Shown one piece after another: positions 23,301 to 43,704 of a stretch of DNA of 64,000 bases (its first letter is position 1; every line of letters begins with the position of its first letter). Position numbers and translations under genes: made by a program. The DNA is from Lama guanicoe (taxonomy: Eukaryota), in assembly GCA_013239625.1 (NCBI GenBank), contig MU054338.1:4998724-5062723 (forward strand), in the 5' to 3' direction. The notes under the pieces were generated by a model, which ran no database searches, was not told where the DNA came from, and saw only the letters and a list, made by a program, of their open reading frames with translations.

Positions 23301-26300
23301 TGCAGGGCTCCCCCTTACTCAGTCCTTCACCACCCTCTCTGGGCCCCAAATACAGCTCCTCCCTCTCAGTCTGCTCCAGCCCTGACAGCCTCCGCTTCCC
23401 TGCCCCTCCCACCCCCCCACCTGCCAGCAGCCTTCCAGAGACTTCTGGAATCCGTCCCCCCCAGCTCCCAAGCTTGCTCACCACTGCCCGATGATGAGAA
23501 CAAGCCAACACAGACACTGACAGTAACATCAGCACCTCAGGAGTGACCCTCACACCAGACACCCACTCAGTGCCTGAGTCCTGGGAGGTAAGGGAGCGAC
23601 CGACACCAACCTTTTGCCAATGAGGACGCTCAAGCTAAAGTGGGTCTGAGGCCACAGCCAGGGAGACCCAGGTCCAGATGACCTAAGGTGGGTGTGCTTG
23701 CTGGCAGGGCCGTCTCCCCTCCGCCTCCAGGAAGGCAACTCTGAGCAGCACATGTCCAGCATATGAGCAGAAAGGAGGGAGGCCCCGCCCCAGCCCCAGA
23801 ACCCCAGGGGCCCGAGTACCTTCTCAAAGTGACCGCTGCGGATATAGTAGTCGGCCAGCGAGCACCAGAGCTTGCCCAGCTGGTCGGTGAAGCGGGTGAG
23901 GCCCCCGCGGATGATGGCGTCCACGCTGAGTGACTGCACCTTGTCTGGGTTCCGGGAGATGAGGTCGCAGAGCTCGTGCCACAGCTGCAGGGGGCAGGGA
24001 GGAGCGTCAGCCACAGCTCGAGGGGGTGAGCCCTCCCGCCCCGACGTCACCCCAAGGCCCACCTGGTAGTTGGACTTGCCGGCCTTGGACACGAAGCGCT
24101 CATCATTGACCACGGTGGCCAGGCGCTGTGCTGCCTCGTCCAGCCGGTCACTCGACTTGAGGTATTCAATGTACTCCTCGGCGCTCTCGGGGCTCAGCTG
24201 GGCACCGACCCACCCGACAGCCATCAGCGGGGCCATGGGGACATACCACCGTGTCCCCTCCCACTCCCGGCCTCCTATTAGCCAATCACCACTTCCTGGG
24301 TGAGAGCTAGCCCTGCAGACCCAGCCTTAGCCATACTTGTCCAGCCTGGGCCCCAATGCTCCAGCCCCAGCACCAACTGGTCTGGCTTATACACCCGTGG
24401 TTCAGCCGGCACATGACAGGCCTTGATTTCATCACAAGTGTCCTACCCAAACAGCACTGTGCAAAGGATTTCACAATGCATAACAAACATCGTAAATTAG
24501 GGAAAACTGCACAGCACCCTCACATTGTCTGGATCGCAACTCTCAGCCCCCCCGTCATGCTTTCCCTTAGTCTACATCTCCTCTTCCTTGCCCTCCCATG
24601 TTGCAGTTTTACTCTGGTTTACGCAGTCAGATCGTGCACAGCTTTTTGCCAAGACGGCCATGGAGCAGGTGTTAGCAAACTATCTGGAGAATAAACAAGT
24701 AACTCACAAACAAAAGCCTGTCTGTCTCAGAGAGCCTTCTTCCCATATCCTGTCCGTTAGGGGACATCCCTCATGGGGCTAGTGTCCCAACGAGCCAGTT
24801 TTTGGAAAGTCTTGACCTGGGAGCTGGCCCAAGTTCCTGAGCCTCACCTCATCCTTTTGGGGCCTTACCTTGAGGAAGCGTCGGTAGCCCCGCACAGCAG
24901 TCTCCGGCAGAGGGTGTGAGCGCAGGAAGCGCAGGTAAAGGGGCCAAATACGAGAGTGCTGTGTGATGGGCAATGCCCGGAGCGCACGGTCAAAAGTGCG
25001 GCGGGTGTGCGTGACGCGTCCCTGGTCCATCAGGAATTGGCAATAATCTAGCCACAGCCGTGGCATCTGGAGGTGTGGGGAGAGGCAGGGTTGGAGCTGC
25101 TGGCACCACAGCTGGGCCACAAAGACACCAGATGTCCACTGCAGTGGTCCCCTGCAGTGGGACCCAGAACCCCTGCCCCACTAGAACTAAGTCCAGCTCA
25201 ACCTTGCGTGAGCAGAGGCAACAGGACTCCAACCCCCTGCTCTGTCTGCCTCCCCACTCATCCCCTGGCCCAGCCACACCTCGCCCACACCTTGTGCATG
25301 AATACAAATGCCCTCTCGTGGCAGTTGTTGACATCTTCATAGGCGGGGTCAGTCACACAGCGATGCTTCACCTGTGCCCGGCGTGCCTTCAGGTATCGGT
25401 ACCAGAGTTTATAGCTGGGGGACAGGCGGACAATGAGTGGTCAGCTTTATGGACCCCAGAACCCTGCCCCATGAGGCAAGTGCTGGGAGAAGGGGCCTGG
25501 GGAGGGGTGACGAGTCTCTGTGATGGGGGGACGGGTTTGGGACATCAGGGAAAATGTGAACTCATCACAGGACGTATATTCGGTGATGTAACACATAGCA
25601 ATCATCTGGGTCCTACTTCTACTAGCTGGTTCTGGTATGACTGGGCAAAGCGGGGTGGGGCTGAAGTGGGCAGGGCAGCTGTCGCCATTCCCACCTGCAG
25701 GGCAGCAGCTTTAGCGCCCGTTCATACAGCTGGTTGAGCCTGGGCTTCGGGGCACCCTGTTTGAACTCGATGTAGCGGAGCCAGCATTTGACGGAGAACT
25801 GGTTCCTCATGATTTCCTCCTCATAGGGAAGGTCCTCTTCCTCCTGCCAGGGCCGGGGTGTGGGGAAAAGACAGACCTGCCCTCAGAGCCTGAGCCCGGC
25901 ACCATTCAGCTCCAAACTCCAGACTTCTACCTGTGTCCCAGATACCATTCCCCACAGTTGGAGCCTGGTCACCAGACGCCCAGATACCAGGACTCTGGTC
26001 TAGACTTTTACCCCTCAGAATTCTACTGCCTACAATCTGACCCAGATCATCAGACTCCTCAGTCACAGGGTCCTAAGCCGACATGGGACTGTCACCCAAA
26101 AATCACTATTCTGGCCCTCAGAATCAAGCTACCACCTCTCTGACCTAGACCACCACTTTTTAGACACTAACACCCTGGTCCGACGCCACGCCTCTGCCCT
26201 AGACACAAAGCCTTACCTCCTCACAACGTGCCTCTTCCCAGACACCAGACCTCTGGGACTTCTGGCTCCCACTAGCCAGAGTGTAGCTCAACTCTGCCTC

Positions 26301-26995
26301 AGGACTCAGAAGCTAGACCCTTATCTCAGAAGGAAAGGTGTGAACAAGAGGCTCAGCCTTTAACTCTAGACGCCAAGAATCCAGTAAAGATGTCAGATCT
26401 TTACACCAAACACCAAGTCTTTGACTTTCCAGGATTCCACTGGCCATCGCCTGATCAGCTCCACATCACCAGATCTTTACTTCTGACTCCAGGGTTCCCC
26501 TCGCCCGGATACGAAGCCTTTATCCCGGAAACTATAACGCTCAGGACCAGACCGAGACCGTTACCTAACACACCAAGACTTTACCACTGAAACCAGAGCC
26601 CTACACTGGTCACCAGGCCTTTACTTCAAACACCAGGCCTCTCAAGATTTAGATACGCGTGTCTCCTTTCCCTCCTACTCCCTTCGCGTTCCCATCTCCG
26701 CCTCAGGCCCAGGACGCCAAGCCCTTAACGTCGACAGCAGCTCTTTACTCAGGCCACCTAAGCTCCGACACCAGACCTTTGCTCTTGACCAGCTTAGTTC
26801 GCGTCTCTGGCCCGTAAGGGTCCCGCTGCTCTCATGCCAACGCAGCTTTGGCCTAGATCCCCCGGGAGACCAGGCTCCATCCCCTCAAGGCACCCAGGCC
26901 CCGACGCCCAACGCGGACCACCCTCAACGCCGCCGCGGACTCACGAAGACAAGGTCCGGCCGCTCGGGCCTTGACTGTCGCGCCATCACCACCAT
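17360..26995 (-). CDS. XAB2: XPA-binding protein 2 / pre-mRNA splicing factor SYF1 (HAT/TPR repeats), 855 aa
   Basis: Exons in transcript order: 26945-26995, 25695-25843, 25291-25414, 24869-25066, 24063-24197, 23820-23984, 21567-21711, 20973-21124, 20771-20890, 20534-20665, 20309-20440, 20106-20219, 18949-19111, 18654-18844, 18326-18448, 18072-18243, 17782-17911, 17521-17630, 17360-17421; total 2568 nt. Translation runs [41 protein letters not shown]...[12 protein letters not shown]. Confidence 0.97.
19700..20057 (+). mobile_element. MaLR solo LTR (MLT1A-like) in XAB2 intron 12
   Basis: gtattggaaatgaggtctttaaagag...aaaatgagatcat...aagccaaggagagag...aaccctgctgacac...gttgttcaagctacccagtc...cagcagtccgagcagactaa. 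Confidence 0.75.
22070..22910 (-). mobile_element. 5'-truncated LINE-1 (ORF2 C-terminus plus 3'UTR) with target-site duplication, in XAB2 intron 6
   Basis: The minus-strand ORF contains ORF2p text (WECHLVQPL...[15 protein letters not shown]...[25 protein letters not shown]). Flanks are tggagggctaaattat (22054-22069) and tggagggctcaattat (22911-22926). Confidence 0.92.
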
Positions 26996-27289
26996 CTTCC
27001 TGGCTCTCCAGGTACGGGCAGGAGTCGCGTGATAATGACGTCTAGGCTGAAGGCCCGCCTTCTCAAGCTAGACTCATTTCCTACTGGCTGAACCCTTCCC
27101 GACTGCGCGGCCTGCGTTGTTGACTTTTGCCAGCTACCGGAGGCAGAGAAGCGCCCGATGATGACGTTACCCTGTAGCTCCTCGGACCAATCAGGTTCAG
27201 CAGTGGAGCCGTCGGACTCCCAATGAGCTGCTGTGTTGCTTCTTGGTTGGCTTTGGGCGGAAGCGGCGTTGAAGCCTCGGAGGAGCAAG
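26996..27289. promoter_or_regulatory. Bidirectional promoter shared by XAB2 (-) and PET100 (+)
   Basis: Only 294 bp separate the divergent ATGs. The stretch is CpG-rich, with CRE-like TGACGT at 27036 and 27162, CCAAT at 27187 and 27220, and ETS CGGAAG at 27258. Confidence 0.85.
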
Positions 27290-28714
27290 ATGGGGGTGAA
27301 GCTGGAGGTGTTTCGGGTCAGTGAGCACCAGAGTGGTTGGACGGCTGGCGCCGGGTTTTCCTGGAGGAGGAGGAGGAGGAGGCTCTGAAAAGTGGGGCCT
27401 CGGAGAGAGGGCGTTCTGGGACGAAAGCTCCTGAGATTTGAAAGGGAACTTTTATGGTTGGAAACTCAGAGGAGGGGGCGCTGGGTTCGGGGCTCTGAGA
27501 AGGTTGATGTGAGGAAAGCCCTCCGAGAGGGGTGATCTGGGAAGGGGGCTCTAAGAAGGAAGCCTTCAGACCCTGGGGGAGCTCTTGGACTTACAGTGTG
27601 TGTGCGTCTCTTTGATAGGCAGACTCCTAGGCTTAGGACAGTAGACTGAAGAATGAGGCCTTCTGGATCTGGGGTTGCTCCAGGATCTGACTGGGGGGTA
27701 GGATAATGAGGTTTCAAAGAGATACCTTTATTGTAGTATGTATGAGCTCTTGTGCGCCTGGGGCTGGTGAGTGTGCGTGTGTGTGTCCTTTGAGAGGAAG
27801 CCTTCCAGACTTGGGGAGGGGGTGGCTTTTAGCAATAAGAGCTTTTGGATTATGGGGGCTAGACTTTAAAGTGTGTGGCTTCTGTACCCTTGGTGGGGTT
27901 CTTGGCAGGGGTTCTGGGGAGGCACCCCTGGTCTCTGCCAGAGGATGCTCTTCCAGGCTCTGAGCAACCTCTGCACAGGGTGAGAGGGGGAGTAATTCCT
28001 GGCTTTGCTCATCTTGCCCCTGCCCTTCCAGATGACCGTCTACCTCACCTTCCCTGTGGCTATGTTTTGGATTGCCAATCAGGCAGAGTGGTTTGAGCAG
28101 TATGTCATACAGCGCAAGGTGGGCACAGGGAGAGTGGTCATGGGTTCATTCCAGGGGGTGGGGGAGGGAATGGGGCACCAACTTGCTGGGGACCAGTGTC
28201 TGCCTCCCATGGATTAACCCTGTCCTGGGTGTAGGGCTCTGAAGGCTTCTAGCTTGTGGCTCCAGCTGTGACTTTGTCCCTACAGAGGGAGCTGTGGCCA
28301 CCTGAGAAGGAGGACCAGGTAAGCCACATTGTCTTCCCTCCCACCAGAGGATGCAGGGCCCTGGGACCTTGTGGCCATGGTGGACTCAAATGAAAATTTT
28401 AGCCTCAGTCATGGACAGAGAACTGACAGTGGAGGGACACATGAGTTTCTTATTACCCTTTTCCTGAAGATTGAAACTGTTCTCACTTGAACAATGGTTG
28501 TAATTGGCACTGTGTAGACACTGAGCTGAAGCCATGGTCTTGGGGGTTAGGGGGTAGAGTGGTGGGAAAGAGGTCCAGGCCCTGAGGTGTGTATGCCCCT
28601 CCTTCCTTCCCACCCCGCCCACTTCCCCAGCGCCAAGAGCTAGAAGAATTCAAAGAGAGGATACGGAAACAGCGAGAGGAGAAGCTCCTTCGTGCTGCCC
28701 AGCAGAGCTCCTGA
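27290..28714 (+). CDS. PET100: PET100 cytochrome c oxidase assembly chaperone, 76 aa
   Basis: Exons 27290-27316, 28032-28118, 28286-28318, 28631-28714 give MGVKLEVFR MTVYLTFPVAMFWIANQAEWFEQYVIQRK RELWPPEKEDQ RQELEEFKERIRKQREEKLLRAAQQSS*. Confidence 0.95.
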
Positions 28715-28795
28715 GACCTCCAAGTGCCTGAGTCCTAGCCCTTCCACCCACAAAATAACACACACACACAATTCTTTTGTCACTCGTGGAAGTGT

Positions 28796-28801
28796 TTTAT
28801 T
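28796..28801 (-). terminator. PCP2 polyadenylation signal AATAAA
   Basis: tttatt on the + strand, 44 nt past the PCP2 stop, with a GU-rich downstream element on the minus strand. Confidence 0.8.
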
Positions 28802-28845
28802 GTCTGCTTTCGGGGGCCACGTGGGGCCCGGGATGCCTCAGGCCC

Positions 28846-30728
<1,883 letters not shown>

Positions 30729-31714
30729 GGTCCGTGCTCCCCTCCCCTGGGCCCTGTCCCTGTCTCTGCTGGCCTCTGCCCCGGCCCCGTGACAGAGAAG
30801 GCTTTTTAGGAGACTGGGGTGTGGGCGGGGGGAGCAGATACCCAACCCCAAATCCGCAGCTCATGCCCCATCTGCTCCCACCCAAGCTTAAGCCCCATAA
30901 AGATGATCCAGATAATTGTTTTTGCAGCGTGATGCTGGGGCGGCCGTTGGGGTAGGAGGCAGGGTGACCTGGGTTTGGACCTTGCTGGCCCAACAGGACT
31001 CACTGGGCCGTAAGGACTTTCAAGTGGGATGCAGTGGTCCACCAGAGCAGTGTCCCCAGAGCGGGGAGCTTGGGCTGGCTGGGCAGGGCAGGGAGAGGAC
31101 AGGTCAGTAGGGCAGCTCAGGTGAGCTCTGCAGCCCACCATTGGGAAACAGTGTAGGGTGTTCCTGCTGCCACTTCCCGTCTTGCCCATCCGCATCTGCT
31201 GGAAACACAGTTACCATCTGCAGGTGGTGGGAGAAGAGGAAGCTGGGTCGCAGGGCTCCTGCAGTGCCACCAGCTAGCCCACCTCCACCCCTTCCTCTAC
31301 TCACTGTTCCTGGCTCTGGCTCCCCCTCCAGGCCCCAAGACAAGAAAGTCTGGGACTCCTGTCTCTCCACCACCAATGCCAAGTTGAGCTGTCTTTTCTG
31401 ATCTGTCACCCCAGCCCAGAGAGGGGACAGGAGGCAAGGAGGAAAACCCCTGCTCCCTCCCCCAAGAGCTGTGGCTTTCCCACAGTGCCCCGGGAGAAGA
31501 TGCTGCTGGGAGGACCCCCTGCACCCCATCCCTCCCTAAGATGCCTTTCTGGAAACCAATTAGAGTTTCTTCTCAGAATCAACAGGCCACACCATCACCA
31601 TCCCTGCTCAAGTGCAAAACTTGGTCCTCCTCCCCAGGCAGCCGTCCTCCATCCAGAGCCCACATTCACAACTTCTCCATGGCCCCAAGACTCTGACGCC
31701 ATGCTCCCCCATGG

Positions 31715-32150
31715 GTGAATGAGTTTCCTGGGCTGCCTTAACAAAGCATCACAAACTGGGCCGCTTAGAGCAACATACATTTGTTGTCATACAGTCCTGG
31801 AAGCCAGAAATCTGGAATCAAGGTGTCGGCGGGGTTGTGCTCCTACAACCTGGAGGAGAGGAGCTCTCCTTTTCTCTCCCCGGGTTCTAGTGGTTGCGGG
31901 CAGACCTTGGTGTTCCTTGGCTTGCAGTGGTAGGACTTCAGTCTCTACCTCTGTCATCACAGATGTTCCCCCGTGTCCTTGTCTTCATGCAGCTGTCACA
32001 GACATGGGTACCAGTTGTACTGCATTAGGGACTCACCCCACTGCAGTACAACCTCATCTTTACTAATTGTGCCTACAATGACCTTATTTCCAAATAAAAG
32101 CACCTCCTAAGGTACTGAGTGTTAGGGCTTCAATATACATTTTCCCCCAG
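31715..32150 (-). mobile_element. MaLR solo LTR (MLT1C/D-like)
   Basis: gtttcctgggctgcc..aacaaa..cacaaactggg...ctggaagccagaaatctggaatcaaggtgtcggc...tttccaaataa...ggtactg..gttagggcttcaa. Confidence 0.7.
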
Positions 32151-32656
32151 CAGGTGGGCAGAGCACCCTTTAGCCTATAACAGCAGTGGACCCTGGTCAC
32201 CCTCACTGAGTACAGTGAGGGGCAGTAGACCCTACAGATTCTCACCACCAGGAGACAGGCTGAGAAGCTAGAGGGGGTCCTGGCTTCCTCAGGGTCACCC
32301 AGCTTCCCCCTTTGCCCCTGCAATCCATCTGTGCCCCCAGGGGCTGCAGGGGTCCCCTCCTTCCCCCGCTCAGAACTCTCCCTTGGCCCCCATTGTCCTC
32401 AGGAGAAAACCTGAACACCTTGGAATAATGGGAATGTTCTAAAATTGACTGGTGATGGATGTACAACTGTGAATATGCTAAAAGCCATTGAATTGTACTC
32501 TCAGAGTGGGCGAGTTGTACACCATGTGAATTATGTCTCAATCAAGCCATGAAAGAGAGAGAAAGAGAGGAAAGGAGGGAGGGAGGGGGAGAAAGAGAGA
32601 AAGAAAGAAACAGAAACAAAGAGAAGGAAAAAGGAAAGAAAACCCCAAACTCCTAC

Positions 32657-32770
32657 CTACGGGGACCAGCCATCCTCATTTGCCCTAGACTGTCTCAGCA
32701 TTAGCGCTGAAAGTCCTGGGTCCCGGGAATTTCCCAATCCCAGGTAAATTAGGCTGGGTTAGTCCTACCA
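32657..32770 (+). mobile_element. MER81-like hAT-Blackjack miniature DNA transposon relic
   Basis: About 114 bp, ggggaccagccatcctcatttgccctagactgtc...ttagcgctgaaagtcc..gtcccgggaa...tcccaggtaaa..ggctgggttagtcc, resembling the recalled MER81 consensus with degenerate TIRs. Confidence 0.6.
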
Positions 32771-34109
32771 CGTTCCACTGAGGTCTGGCCTCTGCAGCCC
32801 CTCCCACCTCACGTCCTGCCGGCCCCCCTTCCCCACCCTCACCTCACTCCAAGCACTCCTCTGACCTCATCCCCTGCTTCTCTCCACATGGTTGTTTCCT
32901 GGTATTGTTCAGGATTAAGCCTCAAGGCCACCCCTCAGGGTACTCCTCTGGTACTACCCCCCATAAAGCTCCCCCCTTCCCCAGCGGCACTTGCTGTCAG
33001 GTTACTGTTTATTTTCTTATGGCATAATTGATGATTTCTGTCCCCATCTCCTCCATTCAACTTTAAGTGCTGTCTGGCAGGCCTTCTGGTTTTATTCACT
33101 CTCGTGGGTTCCATGCCTGTCCCATTAAGTGGCATCTGGCCGACTCTTAATAAATGTAGCCAAATAAAAGCATCAGTTCAGGACTGAACCAGTTCGGGAG
33201 TCTGCATTCGCGCATGTGCGTCACACTTTAAATCCAGGACCTCATTTGTATGGGCGCTGCCGTCTGGGTCTATGTGAAGAGGTATCAGCCCTTTGCTGGC
33301 GCACAGCAGGGGCAGGCCCTAAAATTTCCAGTGGAGTGTGACTTGAGGAGGTTGTGTGTGTGCGCGCGCGCGCGCGCGTGCAAGCGGAAGAGCATGCCAC
33401 TGAATCCACGTGTGTATCTGAAGTGTAGTGCCAAGCATACCTCCCGGGACAGACTCGTGTTTCAAATCTCAATAGGCCTACTCAGCAGGTGGCCTCAAAC
33501 AAGGGTCCGGCCGAGCTGCGGTTTCATTGTCTATCCTGCACTCCCTTTCAGGGTCTCTGGCAGGATCGACGGCGAATCTGAAACAGGTCCCTGGCACACA
33601 GTAGGTGCCGGCTTACCGCCAACCCAACCCTCCAGGTCTCCGCCTCAGTTTATCAAATGTCGCTCAAGCCCGCTGCTGCTGCTAAACTCGGATACAGAAG
33701 GTAAGTGGGTCCCGGTTTGCGGCCCCGCGGTTCCGGGTGGACACACAGTACCCATCAAACACAGAAACTTCTGGCGGGTTGGGACTAAGCCTGGGGAGGA
33801 TTAAGGGGTTATTATTGTCCTGTGATCCCACGTTCTCGCTGCACACAAGCTAGGGAAGTTTGTCTGAGCTCACGCCTGTGAGCTTGTCGTCGGGGTGTGC
33901 CCCTCCGGCGGCTCCCTGCGCTTCTGCGCGGACGCCTCTGCCCGTGGGCTCAGCGAGGAACCCATCTTCCCCGAGACCCGACGGCGGGGCGGGGCCAGGT
34001 GCGCAGGGGGCGGGGCCAGGTCCCGCCGGGCGGGGTCCACAGGGATGACGCGCAGGGCCACGCCCCAACCTTGGGACAGACCCGGAAGCGGCGGCGCCCC
34101 TGGGGGAAG

Positions 34110-42585
<8,476 letters not shown>

Positions 42586-42628
42586 CCCGCCCACCCCCGC
42601 CTGACCTGCCCCTCTCCCTTTTCAGATA

Positions 42629-42634
42629 AATAAA
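42629..42634 (+). terminator. STXBP2 polyadenylation signal AATAAA
   Basis: Canonical hexamer 43 nt after the stop. Confidence 0.85.
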
Positions 42635-43324
42635 ATCCTCTCTCCTCTCTGCCAGCTGGGGCCCGTATTGCTTTCTTCCCAAGGGAGCCATGCTGAGCAG
42701 CCTCCCATAAGTCCCATTCCCTACCTGTGCCTCAGGCCCCACCTCACCCCATCGTCCTGCCAGAGGGCGTCTTAAGCTCTAATTTGAATATTGGCTCCAA
42801 GATCTGATCTACTAGCTGCTAGGCTTTGGCCAACTTGTGGGCTGTTCCAGAAGGCCAGCGATGGCAGCCACTTCTCAGAGAAGATTGGAGACGGTGCCGG
42901 AAAGCTGACGGCACAGGAGCATGACAGCTGCTGTCCCTCCATTGGCACAAGAGTTATTGTGGCCTCCCTGATGGGACTGTTAGTAGTGTTATTTACAAGC
43001 ATCCCTCATTACAGGCATCCCCGTGGCATCCGATCTACTCTGCTGGTGGTGGGGGACCCCAAGCCCACACTGGAGGAATTGGGGTGCCAGCTGCCCCTAG
43101 CCCTTCAGGAACGATCTCAATGGGGCCTGGAGACACACAAGGCCAGGGGTCTTCTCTAGGCCCTGGGACCAGCATCTGCATTTGTGTGAGGACAGACCAG
43201 ACAAACAGCCAATGATGCCTGCTTCCTACCGCAGAGAGTTAGCATCTCCCTGCTCATCCTCCTCCCCTCTTCTCTCAGGGTATTCAGAAGTCCTAACTGC
43301 AGGACTTAGCAGAGCCTTTACTGG

Positions 43325-43704
43325 GGGTATGAATTTGCTAGGACTGCCACAACGAAGTACTACATCCTGGGCGACCTAAACAACAGAGATTATTCTCTCA
43401 CAATTCTGGAGCCTGGGAGTCCAAGACCACAGTGTTGGCAGGGCCGGTTTCTCCTAAGCTTCTCTCCTTGGCTTATAGATGGCTGTCTTCTCCCTGTGTC
43501 CTCATGTGGTCTCCCCTCTGTGTTTTTGTCCTAATCTCCTCTTCTTATAAAGAAATAGTCCTATTGGATTGGAGTCTACGCTAATGACCTCATTTTAACT
43601 TAATTATCTTTTAAGTCTCATCTCCAAATACAGCCACATCCTGAGGCGTGGGGGTTGGGGCTTCAACATATGAATCTTCTGGGGACACAGTTCAGCCTAT
43701 GACA
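43325..43704 (-). mobile_element. MaLR solo LTR (MLT1A/B-like)
   Basis: gctaggactgcc..aac..gtac...ttctctcacaattctggag..gggagtccaaga...tctccttggctt..agatggc...ggcttcaacatatgaat..ggggacacagttcagcctatgaca. Confidence 0.8.

Noticed and set aside
25960..26800. CRISPR-like repeat-spacer reading of the intronic array
   Set aside because: It is a eukaryotic intron, the units are degenerate and tandem without unique spacers, and there are no cas genes.
31079..31138. 60-nt intron joining the MGKTGS exon to the 75-nt PCP2 candidate exon
   Set aside because: It is shorter than the usual mammalian minimum intron size. Contiguous reading or the donor at 31214 is more plausible.
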